64,000 nt of DNA from an uncultured Bacteroidota bacterium (GCA_937876355.1 CALFHN010000177.1:54-64053); one strand, 5' to 3'; positions 17,883 to 27,781 are shown, counted from the first letter of the stretch. Translations and numbers: made by a program. Notes: a model not told the origin generated them from the letters alone.

Positions 17883-18986
17883 TTGAATGAATCTGGCTTA
17901 AATGATAGTGGCTTGGACGAACTGTACTTCTTGGCCCAATTGATGGCAGCAGATGAACCTCATGCTGCCCGACTTGTGGAGCAAGCTATTGTTGAACGCG
18001 CCGCAGGCTCTGTGTTACCTTCGGGGAAACTGCTTATGGCGCTTTACGACCGAGGCGAACCAAATGGCTCTGATCTAATGCAAGTTCGCCAGTCCCATGC
18101 AGCCCTATTGTCGGTATTGCCAGGCTTGATAGCTACATCCTCCCCCACTCGCAGAGTGGCAATTTATCAAGCTTTTTCGGGTGCCACACTCGATCCGGTG
18201 GAAAAATCCACTTTTATGCATCGTGTAAGAAGAGCGCTGGAGCTGAACTCTGAGCGCTCCAACACCTCAGAAATTTCGGAACAGGACGTATCTAGAGCGT
18301 TATCCAGATTTCTTGAAAGGTCACTGGCACCGACTCCTCCTGCCTTGAAATCTGCCCTCTTGTCTAAATATGCTCCAGAATCGGACTCAGCGTCCGATTC
18401 TTCCGTGCGGAAAAGTACCCAGACCCCATTTGGACCGTCTTTGGCAGTAAAAGTAGCAGCAGCCATAGTGCTGATTTTGGTAGCGTCGGCCATTGCAACT
18501 TGGATTGCCCGCCCGACTACTAAAGCTGTGGTTTCCCAAGGGCGGCCCGATATGTTACAAACGATTGATCAGTTCATCCCTGAGTCGAATTTGATTTTCC
18601 AAGGATCTGACATCGCTCAAATTGAACGAGTTTTACTAGATCGAACCGGATTGAAAATTCAGGTCCCCCATTTAGATGATGGATCCATAATGGGACTTTC
18701 AATTGAAAAATTAGCGCCTGCCCTTTCCTTAGCCGTCATTCATTACGAACTTGACGGGATGGCGATAAACGTATATGTTTTGGACTACGCCACCATACAA
18801 GATTTAACATCTGATTTCGATTTTGACTCCGCCGTACTCAATCAAATTGCCCAACCGCGTGGACTCGATATCCACCAACTCGAAGAAGGCTCTCGCATGA
18901 CCTTTAGAAATCGAGACGATGTGTATATCACTCACACCAATGGCAACCCACAAGAACTAAGAAATCTGTTCAGTTTTGACGAGTAG
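17883..18986 (+). CDS. Single-pass membrane protein, anti-sigma-factor-like (no zf-HC2)
   Basis: A cytoplasmic N-domain of about 185 aa, one TM ('LAVKVAAAIVLILVASAIATWIA') and an extracytoplasmic domain of about 160 aa. The pattern '...IQVPHLDDGSIMGLSIEKLAPALSLAVIHYELDGMAINVYVLDY' is reminiscent of anti-sigma C-terminal domains. Lies 5 nt after the DUF62 gene. The start codon (TTG 17883 or a later Met) is uncertain. Confidence 0.35.
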   Translation: MNESGLNDSGLDELYFLAQLMAADEPHAARLVEQAIVERAAGSVLPSGKLLMALYDRGEPNGSDLMQVRQSHAALLSVLPGLIATSSPTRRVAIYQAFSGATLDPVEKSTFMHRVRRALELNSERSNTSEISEQDVSRALSRFLERSLAPTPPALKSALLSKYAPESDSASDSSVRKSTQTPFGPSLAVKVAAAIVLILVASAIATWIARPTTKAVVSQGRPDMLQTIDQFIPESNLIFQGSDIAQIERVLLDRTGLKIQVPHLDDGSIMGLSIEKLAPALSLAVIHYELDGMAINVYVLDYATIQDLTSDFDFDSAVLNQIAQPRGLDIHQLEEGSRMTFRNRDDVYITHTNGNPQELRNLFSFDE

Positions 18987-19003
18987 TAGGTATCGGTTTT
19001 TGT

Positions 19004-20404
19004 TCAGATCGTACCAGGCAGTTCTATTCGGAAGGTTGATCCTTGTCCAGGTTTTGACTGCGCAAGGCTTAGTGAGCCGCCATGATAATCTTCAACAATC
19101 CGTTTTGCCAGGCTTAGCCCCAGGCCCCATCCACGTTTTTTTGTGCTAAAACCGGGGCGAAAAACATTCTTCCAGTTTCTGCGATCAATTCCCTTTCCCG
19201 TATCTCGCACATCAATTCTAATTTTGGCGTCCACCTTTGATGTAATGACGTCTATTCTGCCATGTTCTGAATCCATGGCGTCGAGGGCATTTTTTAAAAG
19301 ATTTTCAATGACCCATTCGAACAACTCAGCATTCAAAGGGGCTTTCAAATTCGGTTCGGTGACCACGTTTAGCCGAATGAAGGTACCGCTTTGAGGCAAC
19401 CGCCTACGCATATAATCCGTTGTATTTTCAATGACCGGTCCCACAACCTGAACTTCCAATTTGGGAAGAGAACCAATATCAGAAAAGCGTCCTGCCACTC
19501 GCGTAAGGCGGTCGATATCTTTTTCGATTTCCAGATACGTTTCCTCGTGTGTGTTCTCATGATTCTTCCCGTCTTGCATGCGCATGTATTCTAGCCAACC
19601 CATTAAGCTAGAAATGGGTGTGCCCAATTGGTGCGCCGCTTCCTTTGCCATTCCCACCCAAAGACTCGATTGTTCACTGCGTCGAACATAAGAAAAACCG
19701 AGATACCCGACGAAAACGAATAATGAAACAAAGAGCAACTGGAAATAGGGGAAATTGCGAAGCCCCTCCACCAGTTCAGATTCGCCGTAGTACAAATATT
19801 GAACAAAACGAATGGCAGGAAAATCCTGAGTCCCAGGAAAGGTCACCACGATCGGAATAGGATCATGAAGGAGGGCCATTTTTTGAACTTGAGCTACTAA
19901 ATGAGTTGTTTGGGACAACACTTCAGCTGAGTTCAGTTCAGAAAAACTTGATGCAGAAGAGCCTGTATTCCACCAACTCATGGGACTGCCCAATGAGTCG
20001 GTTAAAATTGCAGGAATGCCACCCACCAAGTCCGGCAATAAAATAGCATCTTGGATGAACGTCAGCACATGCGAAGGCGGCGTGACTTGAGCCCATTGGA
20101 GTGCTCTTCTGTAGCGGTCAAAATCGTCTGGGGAAACAGTCGCCATTACCCCTGGCAACTTGCTTACGCCAGACAAAACCGTCTCAATTTCGCGTAAGTC
20201 GTCCGGGTATGGGGTGCTTGCTCCACTTTGCGGCAACTTCGGGATCTGCTCGAGGGCTGCTGCCCAAAGCTCAATCACTTTCGTTTCGCGCGCTTTCAAT
20301 CGATCCACCAGCTGGGTGGAATACCACAATGAAGCAAAGGCTATCAGTATAGCAAAACCGAATAAGCCCAGTTTCAAGTTTACCGATACGCGATATGCTT
20401 TCAT
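19004..20404 (-). CDS. Membrane sensor histidine kinase
   Basis: Two TM segments flank a periplasmic domain of about 190 aa. H-box 'EAAHQLGTPISSLMGWLEY', N-box 'IENLLKNALDA', G1 'DTGKGI', G2 'GWGLGLSLAKRIVEDYHGG'. Confidence 0.9.
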   Translation of the reverse strand: MKAYRVSVNLKLGLFGFAILIAFASLWYSTQLVDRLKARETKVIELWAAALEQIPKLPQSGASTPYPDDLREIETVLSGVSKLPGVMATVSPDDFDRYRRALQWAQVTPPSHVLTFIQDAILLPDLVGGIPAILTDSLGSPMSWWNTGSSASSFSELNSAEVLSQTTHLVAQVQKMALLHDPIPIVVTFPGTQDFPAIRFVQYLYYGESELVEGLRNFPYFQLLFVSLFVFVGYLGFSYVRRSEQSSLWVGMAKEAAHQLGTPISSLMGWLEYMRMQDGKNHENTHEETYLEIEKDIDRLTRVAGRFSDIGSLPKLEVQVVGPVIENTTDYMRRRLPQSGTFIRLNVVTEPNLKAPLNAELFEWVIENLLKNALDAMDSEHGRIDVITSKVDAKIRIDVRDTGKGIDRRNWKNVFRPGFSTKKRGWGLGLSLAKRIVEDYHGGSLSLAQSKPGQGSTFRIELPGTI

Positions 20405-20422
20405 ATTTACCTAGCTAGGTCT

Positions 20423-21697
20423 TTACAAAACGATCGTCTGGTCCCTTTTAGGCCCGGTTGAAACAAGGCTAGCTTTAACTTCGAGATAGTCGGTTACGAA
20501 GTTTAGATAGTTTCGCGCCTCAATCGGCAAGTCATTCCAATTTGTAATACCAACGATGTCCGATTTCCATCCGGGCATCGAAATATATTTAGGCTCTACT
20601 TTGGCGAGACTTGGCAAATCGCTGGGAAATCTCCGAATAGTTTTCCCATTTAAAACATAATCTGTACAGATTTTGATCTCGTCCAAATTTGAAAGCACAT
20701 CTAGCTTGGTGATCGCTAATTCGGTGAATCCGTTTATCATGGTGGTATAATTGAGCGCCACCAGATCAAGCCAACCACAACGACGTGGACGCCCGGTGGT
20801 GGCCCCAAATTCTTGGCCAGTTTTTCGGAGCTCTGCCCCTACTTCATCCTCGAGTTCAGTTGGGAATGGGCCATTTCCAACTCGAGTACTATATGCTTTT
20901 ACAATACCAATCACTCGATCAATCGATGTAGGAGGAATTCCCAGTCCGGTACAACAGCCACCAACAGTTGGATGGCTACTTGTGACAAATGGATACGTGC
21001 CAAAATCGACATCCAACAATGAGCCTTGTGCGCCTTCAGCTAAAATCCGTTTGCCCTGTTTTAGTGACCTGCACAATAATTCTGTTGTATCTGTGATATA
21101 AGGATCTATGAGCTTGTCGAATTCGACATACTCTTCAATTAATGCCTCAACATTAACTTTTTCAGCACCGTAGACTTTTTCTAGGATGTCGTTTTTTTCC
21201 TCCATCGAAGCAATAATCTTCTTCCGGAGCAAATCCCGATCCAGCAAATCCACAACTCTAATGCCCGTTCGAGCAAATTTATCTACGTATGCTGGCCCAA
21301 TTCCCCTTCCTGTTGTACCGATGGCGGCTCCATCCCTTTTCTTCTCTTTTGCTTCTTCAATGCGTTTGTGATACGGCATAATCAAATGAGCATTGTGAGA
21401 AATGAATAGCCTTCCGGCCACATCATATCCCAAATCCTGAACCATACCGATTTCCTTCATCATGGCCACAGGATCGATCACAACTCCGTTTCCGATAACG
21501 CAGTCAACCTTTTCCTGGAAAATCCCACTCGGAATAAGGTGTAATACAAACGTTTTGTCGTCCCAACAAATCGTGTGACCAGCGTTTGCACCGCCTTGAT
21601 ATCGCGCCACGATGTCAACATCGGTGCTTATCAGGTCGACAATTTTGCCTTTCCCTTCATCTCCCCACTGACTTCCAATTACAACTGAAACCGGCAT
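20423..21697 (-). CDS. purA: Adenylosuccinate synthetase
   Basis: 'VVIGSQWGDEGKGKIVD', 'GGANAGHT', 'TTGRGIGPAY', 'GATTGRPRRCGWLD'. I placed the start at 'MPVSVVIG'. The 30-codon upstream extension in the track overlaps a terminator hairpin. Confidence 0.95.
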   Translation of the reverse strand: MPVSVVIGSQWGDEGKGKIVDLISTDVDIVARYQGGANAGHTICWDDKTFVLHLIPSGIFQEKVDCVIGNGVVIDPVAMMKEIGMVQDLGYDVAGRLFISHNAHLIMPYHKRIEEAKEKKRDGAAIGTTGRGIGPAYVDKFARTGIRVVDLLDRDLLRKKIIASMEEKNDILEKVYGAEKVNVEALIEEYVEFDKLIDPYITDTTELLCRSLKQGKRILAEGAQGSLLDVDFGTYPFVTSSHPTVGGCCTGLGIPPTSIDRVIGIVKAYSTRVGNGPFPTELEDEVGAELRKTGQEFGATTGRPRRCGWLDLVALNYTTMINGFTELAITKLDVLSNLDEIKICTDYVLNGKTIRRFPSDLPSLAKVEPKYISMPGWKSDIVGITNWNDLPIEARNYLNFVTDYLEVKASLVSTGPKRDQTIVL

Positions 21698-21735
21698 GCT
21701 ATATAGCCTCTCTAGCGCCCGAAGCGCTGACAATA

Positions 21736-21780
21736 ATTTAAAACAAGATAAAGGCGGCGGGTTCTCACCCGCCGCCTTTA
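21736..21780 (-). terminator. Rho-independent terminator downstream of the STAS gene
   Basis: Perfect 13-bp stem TAAAGGCGGCGGG-(6 nt)-CCCGCCGCCTTTA at 21749-21780. On the minus strand it is followed by TCTTGTTTTAAATT. Confidence 0.8.
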
Positions 21781-21871
21781 ATGTCATACTTCACAAACGA
21801 TTTTCGTTCCTTCCATTCCCTGTGAAAAGGATATAACAATCCTTTGGGAGCGTAAAAAACGCTGAATCTTT

Positions 21872-22213
21872 TTAGTCTTCGTAACTCTTAGCTGCTTCCT
21901 CAACAGATTCGAAGTGTTTGAAAACTGTAATCAGTTTTGTGATCACCAATAGGGACTGAATTCTATCAGCCACATTGGCAAGACGCAAGTCACCACCTGC
22001 GTTACGCATAGTCGTCATGGCGCTAATAAGCATTCCCAGACCACTCGAGTTCATGAACTTCACCTTAGAGAGATCCGCAACCACATTGGTTTTGCCGGAT
22101 TCTTTGAGTTCATGCAATGTGTCGTGCAATTTTGCACCGTCGGGACCGCCCATTACGTTCCCTTTGAGCGTAATCACGACGCTGTTATAACGTTCGTCTA
22201 CGTTGTAATTCAT
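21872..22213 (-). CDS. STAS-domain anti-sigma-factor antagonist (SpoIIAA-like)
   Basis: 113 aa with 'VVADLSKVKFMNSSGLGMLISAMTTMRNAGGDLRLANV', the canonical STAS block with a phosphorylatable Ser. Confidence 0.85.
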   Translation of the reverse strand: MNYNVDERYNSVVITLKGNVMGGPDGAKLHDTLHELKESGKTNVVADLSKVKFMNSSGLGMLISAMTTMRNAGGDLRLANVADRIQSLLVITKLITVFKHFESVEEAAKSYED

Positions 22214-22270
22214 TTTTCCTCGCTTATCCTAAATCCTGTGGAATACTGTTCCTACACAAAAGAGACACGT

Positions 22271-23224
22271 TTAACGTCCCTTTGTTGCCCTGTTTCTGAG
22301 CTCCAACACGATGGGAGAAGCCACAAAAATTGATGAATAGGTACCGATTAATATACCAATTAATAAGGCGAACGCGAACCCACGTAACACCTCTCCACCG
22401 AATATAAATAGGACAACCACCACGAGCAAGGTTGTACCTGACGTGATAATAGTTCGGCTCAACGTGTTGTTGATAGACTTATTGATAATGGTATCGTAAT
22501 TCTCTGACTTAAATAAGCCGGTATATTCTCGAATTCGGTCAAAAACCACCACTGTATCGTTGAGAGAATACCCAACAATGGAGAGGAAGGCCGCAACGAT
22601 TGTCTGATCAATCTGAAGAGAAAAACCGATGTGTCCTTGAAATATCGAAAACACTCCAAGCGTAATAAGTACGTCATGGAAAAGAGCGGTAACCGCACCC
22701 ACTCCAAAGCGCCACTCAAAACGAATTAGAACGTAAACAAAAATGACCAGCAGCGATCCTATGATGGAGTAAATAGCTCCTCTCTCTAGGTCTTTGGCAA
22801 ACCGAGCGCTTACTACGTAGGTTTTTTCAATGACCGGTTCTGATCCAGGAAACGCATCTGCAATTCCGCGAATCAATTGGCCTTTGACTACATCAATGTC
22901 TTCTTCGCCGACCGTCCGAACCAATAGTTGATCAACGCCCTCAACCACGTACGTTTTTACCTCTGGATCGGAGGATAATACGGACGCCAGAGCCGAACGA
23001 ACGGCTGTAGCATCAAGGACGGTGCTCGTTTCAATAACGAACTCACGCCCCCCTTTAAAATCAACTCCGAGCTCCAGGCCGTTGACGGCAAAAGATATTA
23101 GGCTAATGAGAATCAGGATTCCGGAAAAAATGTATCCCTTCCTCCGACTCCCAATTATGCTAAGGTTACTGTTTTCAAAAATACGCATATCTATAACTGT
23201 AATTGCCCGTATGGGCTTTTTCAA
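22271..23224 (-). CDS. secF: Protein translocase subunit SecF
   Basis: 'GVDFKGGREF', six TM segments, 'FHDVLITLGVFS', 'DTVVVFDRIRE'. The true start is possibly the Met at 23188 ('MRIFENSNL...'). Confidence 0.92.
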   Translation of the reverse strand: MKKPIRAITVIDMRIFENSNLSIIGSRRKGYIFSGILILISLISFAVNGLELGVDFKGGREFVIETSTVLDATAVRSALASVLSSDPEVKTYVVEGVDQLLVRTVGEEDIDVVKGQLIRGIADAFPGSEPVIEKTYVVSARFAKDLERGAIYSIIGSLLVIFVYVLIRFEWRFGVGAVTALFHDVLITLGVFSIFQGHIGFSLQIDQTIVAAFLSIVGYSLNDTVVVFDRIREYTGLFKSENYDTIINKSINNTLSRTIITSGTTLLVVVVLFIFGGEVLRGFAFALLIGILIGTYSSIFVASPIVLELRNRATKGR

Positions 23225-23242
23225 ACTTGTGTTTTACTCGAC

Positions 23243-25111
23243 TCAGCCGAAGCTGACAGATTTCTTTTTCTCAATCACCACGTAATCCATGATGATGCGA
23301 GTGAAAACGATGGCCGTAAACATGGAAGAGAGAATACCTGCCATTAGCGTCACGGCAAATCCCTGAATCGGTCCAATTCCGAAGGAATACAAAATGACTC
23401 CTACAAAAAACGTAGTAATGTTTGAGTCAAAAATGGCAGACAACGCTTTGGCGTATCCTCCTTCAATTGAAGCCTTTAATGTTTTTCCTGTTGACTGTTC
23501 TTCACGAATTCGCTCAAAAATGAGCACGTTCGCGTCCACCGCCATACCAATCGTCAATACGATACCAGCAATTCCTGGAAGCGTCAACGTTGCTCCAAAA
23601 CCAGCAAGAATGCCTAAAATGAAAATCAAGTTTAGGATTAGAGCTAGATTCGCGATCAAACCGCTTGTTCGGTAATACATGATCATGAAGAGCGCAACAA
23701 AGAAAAGCCCTACCAAAACAGAGTAAAGACCTGCACGAATTGAAGACGCTCCAAGGCTGGGGCCTACTGTGCTTTCTTGAACGATTTCAACTGGCGCCGG
23801 CAATGCTCCCGATTTCAAAACGGTAACAATATCCTGAGCTTCAGCCTGATTGGCCAATTTGGTGATGTTGGAACGACCACCCGTAATGCGCTGTAACACA
23901 TTGGGATATGAGTAAACAACTCCGTCCAAAACGATGGCAACGTTTGAGCCCACATTTGCGCCCGTAAGCCTTGCCCATGTACGAGAACCTTCTGAGTTCA
24001 TAACCATGGTGACTTCAGGGGTATTCGAAAACTGCTCAAAATCAACGCGAGCGTCCGTAATAACGTCTCCGGTCAACTCGATTTCGTCTCTAACACCAAG
24101 TAGGTCGTAAACCTCATGGCCTTCTGTGGTGGTGCCTACTGCAGAAGACGTGTACATGAAGGACACGCCACGTGGAAACAGAGCTACCACTCTAGGATCT
24201 GACATTAGCCGGTTTACAGTAGCCGTATCCTGCTCGGCAACCCTGCCAAATGTTACTCCTTGACCAAACGGCTGCATCACATCTAATAAAACATTTCCAG
24301 ACGCCTGATTCGAATTCAACAAGTCGTTGATATCAAGAGTGGTGTCTGCAGCGGCTACTAGACTCGAGTCTGTTGACGCTGCGGTCGAATCGACACCAGT
24401 CTCGTAAAACTCAATAACCCGCTGAAGCGTACGAACGTTGTCCGCAGGATCAACCATAAGTCTAAATTCAAGGCGAGCGGTGCCTTTTAGAAGCCCACGA
24501 ATACGATCTGGATCATCAATTCCAGGAAGTTCGACGATTACTCGGCGCGTTCCCTGTTGTTGAATGCTTGGCTCTGTAACTCCATAACGGTCTACACGAT
24601 CGCGAATAATCGAAATGGCGCGGGTGACGGCTTGATCGGCTTCTGTTCTGAGGTAGGCAGCCACATCTTCATTCGATGAGCGCCGCGTGATGGCCGCCGT
24701 CTCATTGCGGAAGTAGCGAGAAAGGCGTGCATTCGGGTCCCTCCTTTCAAATTCCCTCACAAAAACGTTAATGATCGATTCATCTGAGGTTTCGACTTCT
24801 GTCGTCGCCACTCTTAGAATGTCAAAAAATGCTTCATCTGTGTCAGAAGCTAGTTCGCTAATAAGAGCTTCAACTCTTACTTCAAGCGTAACATGCATTC
24901 CGCCGAGGAGATCGAGCCCTAACTTTAGGGCCTTTTCTTCAACTGAGCGAATTTTAGCGTAGTTATCCTGTCTGTATGTGGCTGCTTCGTCGTCCCCTAG
25001 ACTACTTATTTCACTTTTGATTAAGTAGTTTTGTGCTGTTGGGTACAAATAGTACCCTGACAGGGCAAAAAAGAACACCGTCAGGAAAATCTTGAATCCG
25101 TTTCCTTTCAT
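23243..25111 (-). CDS. secD: Protein translocase subunit SecD
   Basis: 'LKLGLDLLGGMHVTLEV', a large periplasmic domain, C-terminal TM bundle 'LPGIAGIVLTIGMAVDANVLIFERIREE'. Confidence 0.95.
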   Translation of the reverse strand: MKGNGFKIFLTVFFFALSGYYLYPTAQNYLIKSEISSLGDDEAATYRQDNYAKIRSVEEKALKLGLDLLGGMHVTLEVRVEALISELASDTDEAFFDILRVATTEVETSDESIINVFVREFERRDPNARLSRYFRNETAAITRRSSNEDVAAYLRTEADQAVTRAISIIRDRVDRYGVTEPSIQQQGTRRVIVELPGIDDPDRIRGLLKGTARLEFRLMVDPADNVRTLQRVIEFYETGVDSTAASTDSSLVAAADTTLDINDLLNSNQASGNVLLDVMQPFGQGVTFGRVAEQDTATVNRLMSDPRVVALFPRGVSFMYTSSAVGTTTEGHEVYDLLGVRDEIELTGDVITDARVDFEQFSNTPEVTMVMNSEGSRTWARLTGANVGSNVAIVLDGVVYSYPNVLQRITGGRSNITKLANQAEAQDIVTVLKSGALPAPVEIVQESTVGPSLGASSIRAGLYSVLVGLFFVALFMIMYYRTSGLIANLALILNLIFILGILAGFGATLTLPGIAGIVLTIGMAVDANVLIFERIREEQSTGKTLKASIEGGYAKALSAIFDSNITTFFVGVILYSFGIGPIQGFAVTLMAGILSSMFTAIVFTRIIMDYVVIEKKKSVSFG

Positions 25112-25237
25112 GGTTTCTGGAATGTATTGATTGGAAAAAAGTGGTTAGGCCCAATAAAATGAGCCTACGAAAGAGACCTGCGACCCCAAAATTACGTTGT
25201 CGCTATACTATTGAATGGACCTTTTTGGCCGGATCGG

Positions 25238-25606
25238 CTAAGGTCCTAAAGGCTGCAGCCCTGACGTGCGGGCTATTCGACTCGAAAACAACGAGTTCGC
25301 ACTGGGTACATCTTCAAACGGCACGGAACGCGCAAAAAGGTGCTCTGCCCTGAAGTTTGACGAACTAGGCAGAACAAAAATAACTCGGCCCCTTGCAACT
25401 ACGTTTTTAGACGTGGTCAGAGTGATCTGAGCTACTGCAGCAGATCGGGTCATTGCATCTTCTAGGACGTCCTCAAAAAAGTCTTTTACTTTTGACGAAA
25501 GTCCAGATGTATGAGCGGCTGCAGCAATTTTATCTTCTGACATCGCGACTGCTGCCGGCGCAAAAAGGCCCGTAAGCGTACTCGACAGCAGTATAACTGC
25601 CACCAT
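25238..25606 (-). CDS. Hypothetical small secreted protein (weak call)
   Basis: This is the only sizeable ORF in the 752-bp secD-ctaA spacer. From an internal Met it reads 'MVAVILLSSTLTGLFAPAAVA|MSEDK...', which looks like a Sec signal with an AxA site. No recognised domain. Confidence 0.3.
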   Translation of the reverse strand: MVAVILLSSTLTGLFAPAAVAMSEDKIAAAAHTSGLSSKVKDFFEDVLEDAMTRSAAVAQITLTTSKNVVARGRVIFVLPSSSNFRAEHLFARSVPFEDVPSANSLFSSRIARTSGLQPLGP

Positions 25607-25863
25607 GCGAGCAAATTTTGATGTAGATGAAGTGTTCAAGAGTAGAAGAGAGCAAACGCGGTGAGGAACGGGAATTCCTCGCAAAAAAGCGTAATTATTT
25701 CTAAATGTTGCCTAGCAATATAAGTTACGAACATATCAAGCGTTTACCAAAGTCATTTTCAGAAGCCAAGTCCTCAATCGAGTGCATTTTCTCACGTAAT
25801 TGACAAGAATATAGCTCGCGGACGATTTTTGAAGAGTACATTTGGGGCTCATTACAGGCTGAT

Positions 25864-26814
25864 TTGAGGAATCTAGTGAGAGAATCACGCACATTAAGAA
25901 ACCGGTTTACTTGGGCCACTTTTGTCGTTGCAATTGCCCTCCTTGCTTGGGGTGCTTTTGTTACATCGATCAATGCCGGGATGGCGGTTCCAGATTGGCC
26001 TTCTTCATTTAATTCGTACGATCCGTTCAATCCTTGGCCCAACTGGTGGACTATTACACCTGTATTGGCTGAACACGGACATCGTCTGCTAGGGGCGCTT
26101 GTCGGAATTCTTACTCTTTCTTTGGCCGTGTGGACGTGGGTAGCAGATGATCGGTCCTGGATGAAAAAATTGGCCCTTGGAGCTTTGGTTTTGGTCATAG
26201 CTCAAGGCGTTTTGGGTGGCCTAAGGGTAAGGTTGGTGTCTCTTGATTTGGCCGTTGTCCATGCCATGGTAGCACAGTTGTTTTTTGCTCTTCTGGCTAC
26301 CATGATCATTTTTACATCCAAATCATGGTTTGCGAAGCCCGCGTCCGAACGTGCTTCTAGTGTATTTCAGGCTTTTGAAAAATTACTTGTCCTAATTCCT
26401 TTAGTCATATATATCCAGATATTCCTTGGGGCTCTTCTTCGCCATCCAGGTACCGGCATTGATCCTCTTTTTGTTGGATTGCACCTTGGGTGGGCATTTT
26501 TTGCCACAGCGATGATCGTGATATATTGGACCCGACTTCGATCAGTACCATCCGAATTTAAAGGTTTGATCAGGCTCTCAAATATGATGCTTTCAATCCT
26601 CGCCGTTCAGGTTTCTCTTGGTTTATTCGCATATTTAGTCTTATTGGATGAATCGGGAACGGTAAAGGCAAGCAACGTTCAAGTAATTGCAAATTCAGCG
26701 CACATGGTTATCGGGGCTTTGCTGTTTGCCTCCTCAGTGGCTACAGGAGTGTTATGTGTCCGATATCGCAAATTTGAACAAGAAAACAGTAGCCTTTCGC
26801 TTAATTTGACCTAG
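25864..26814 (+). CDS. ctaA: Heme A synthase (COX15/CtaA family)
   Basis: 'FVTSINAGMAVPDWPSSF', 'EHGHRLLGALVG', a second His-containing half 'HPGTGIDP...HLGWAF', eight TM segments. TTG (25864) or GTG (25876) start. Confidence 0.9.
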   Translation: MRNLVRESRTLRNRFTWATFVVAIALLAWGAFVTSINAGMAVPDWPSSFNSYDPFNPWPNWWTITPVLAEHGHRLLGALVGILTLSLAVWTWVADDRSWMKKLALGALVLVIAQGVLGGLRVRLVSLDLAVVHAMVAQLFFALLATMIIFTSKSWFAKPASERASSVFQAFEKLLVLIPLVIYIQIFLGALLRHPGTGIDPLFVGLHLGWAFFATAMIVIYWTRLRSVPSEFKGLIRLSNMMLSILAVQVSLGLFAYLVLLDESGTVKASNVQVIANSAHMVIGALLFASSVATGVLCVRYRKFEQENSSLSLNLT

Positions 26815-26849
26815 CCGTCAGATTAACCCTTCTGAAAATCATCACATTC

Positions 26850-27758
26850 ATGCCGGAAAATCAAACAAAAACGATCTCAATAACTCAAGATTCCTCGTCG
26901 GTTTCTTGGAGAGACTGGTTTTCTTTGACCAAACCTGAAATCACTTTTCTGGTGCTGATCTCTTCGTTGGCGGGTTTTGTTTTGGCTTCGGAAAATGGAA
27001 TCGATGGTTGGTTACTTCTTTGGACACTGATCGGGATTACCCTCTCCTCAGCTGGCGGATGTGCGCTTAATCACTACTTGGAGTGGGAATTAGATGCCTT
27101 GATGAAACGAACGGCGTATCGGCCCATACCGGGGGGCCGAATTTCACCTCAGAAGGCCAAGTGGTTTGGACTAACACTTGTCATTGTTGGAGTTGGGCTT
27201 TTGTGTCCTCTGACCAATCCACTTACAGGAGTACTCGCTGCAGCAACAGTGGCCTTGTACATTTTTGTTTATACCCCGATGAAGAGAAAGTCGAACTGGA
27301 ATACTTTGGTTGGCACTTTGCCGGGTGCTCTTCCCGTTTTAGGGGGGTGGACCGCTGCAACTGGTTCCGTTGATCCAGGTGGGTGGGCCCTATTTGGAGT
27401 GTTGCTTTGCTGGCAAATGCCACACTTTTATTCTTTGGCATGGATGTATAAAAAAGATTACGAAAAAGGCGGATTTGTTATGTTAACCGTAACTGATCCG
27501 GATGGAGCTTCCACTGCATTTCAAATGGTAGCCTACTCGATCGGAATGGTTGTATTTTCCGTGTTACCTGTGTTTTTAGGACTCTCCAGCTGGATCTATT
27601 TAGTTGGTGCACTATTGCTAGGTGGTTGGTTTATGGTACCAGTCCTAAAGTTTTTTCTGTCTCGATCAGTGTTGCATGCTAGAGAAGTACTGAAAGCTTC
27701 GGTCATGTACATTCCTCTCCTTTTACTGGCCATCATCGTAGACAGACTACTGGCGTAG
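26850..27758 (+). CDS. ctaB: Protoheme IX farnesyltransferase (heme O synthase)
   Basis: UbiA-family motifs 'GGCALNHYLEWELDALMKRTAYRPIPGGR' and 'YIFVYTPMKRKS'. Adjacent to ctaA. Confidence 0.92.
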   Translation: MPENQTKTISITQDSSSVSWRDWFSLTKPEITFLVLISSLAGFVLASENGIDGWLLLWTLIGITLSSAGGCALNHYLEWELDALMKRTAYRPIPGGRISPQKAKWFGLTLVIVGVGLLCPLTNPLTGVLAAATVALYIFVYTPMKRKSNWNTLVGTLPGALPVLGGWTAATGSVDPGGWALFGVLLCWQMPHFYSLAWMYKKDYEKGGFVMLTVTDPDGASTAFQMVAYSIGMVVFSVLPVFLGLSSWIYLVGALLLGGWFMVPVLKFFLSRSVLHAREVLKASVMYIPLLLLAIIVDRLLA

Positions 27759-27781
27759 TCTTCGGCTTTTTCCCGACTCAA

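Noticed and set aside
20409-20420. 12-bp perfect palindrome ACCTAGCTAGGT in the 18-nt gap between purA and the sensor kinase. A similar case is TAGGCGCGCCTA at 16542-16553.
   Set aside because: Short palindromes of this size occur by chance. There is no loop for a hairpin and no second copy was noticed.
21698-21787. N-terminal extensions offered by the ORF track: purA +30 codons, mdh 61386-61493, hppD 9418-9462, the CarboxypepD_reg protein 15351-15410 and the FmdB-like gene 33696-33719.
   Set aside because: In each case the conserved family N-terminus begins at an internal Met. The purA extension also runs through a 13-bp terminator stem.
25725-26198. 157-aa minus-strand ORF overlapping the ctaA 5' region
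   Set aside because: It overlaps the first transmembrane helices of the well-supported heme A synthase ORF by more than 300 nt and shows no domain pattern.
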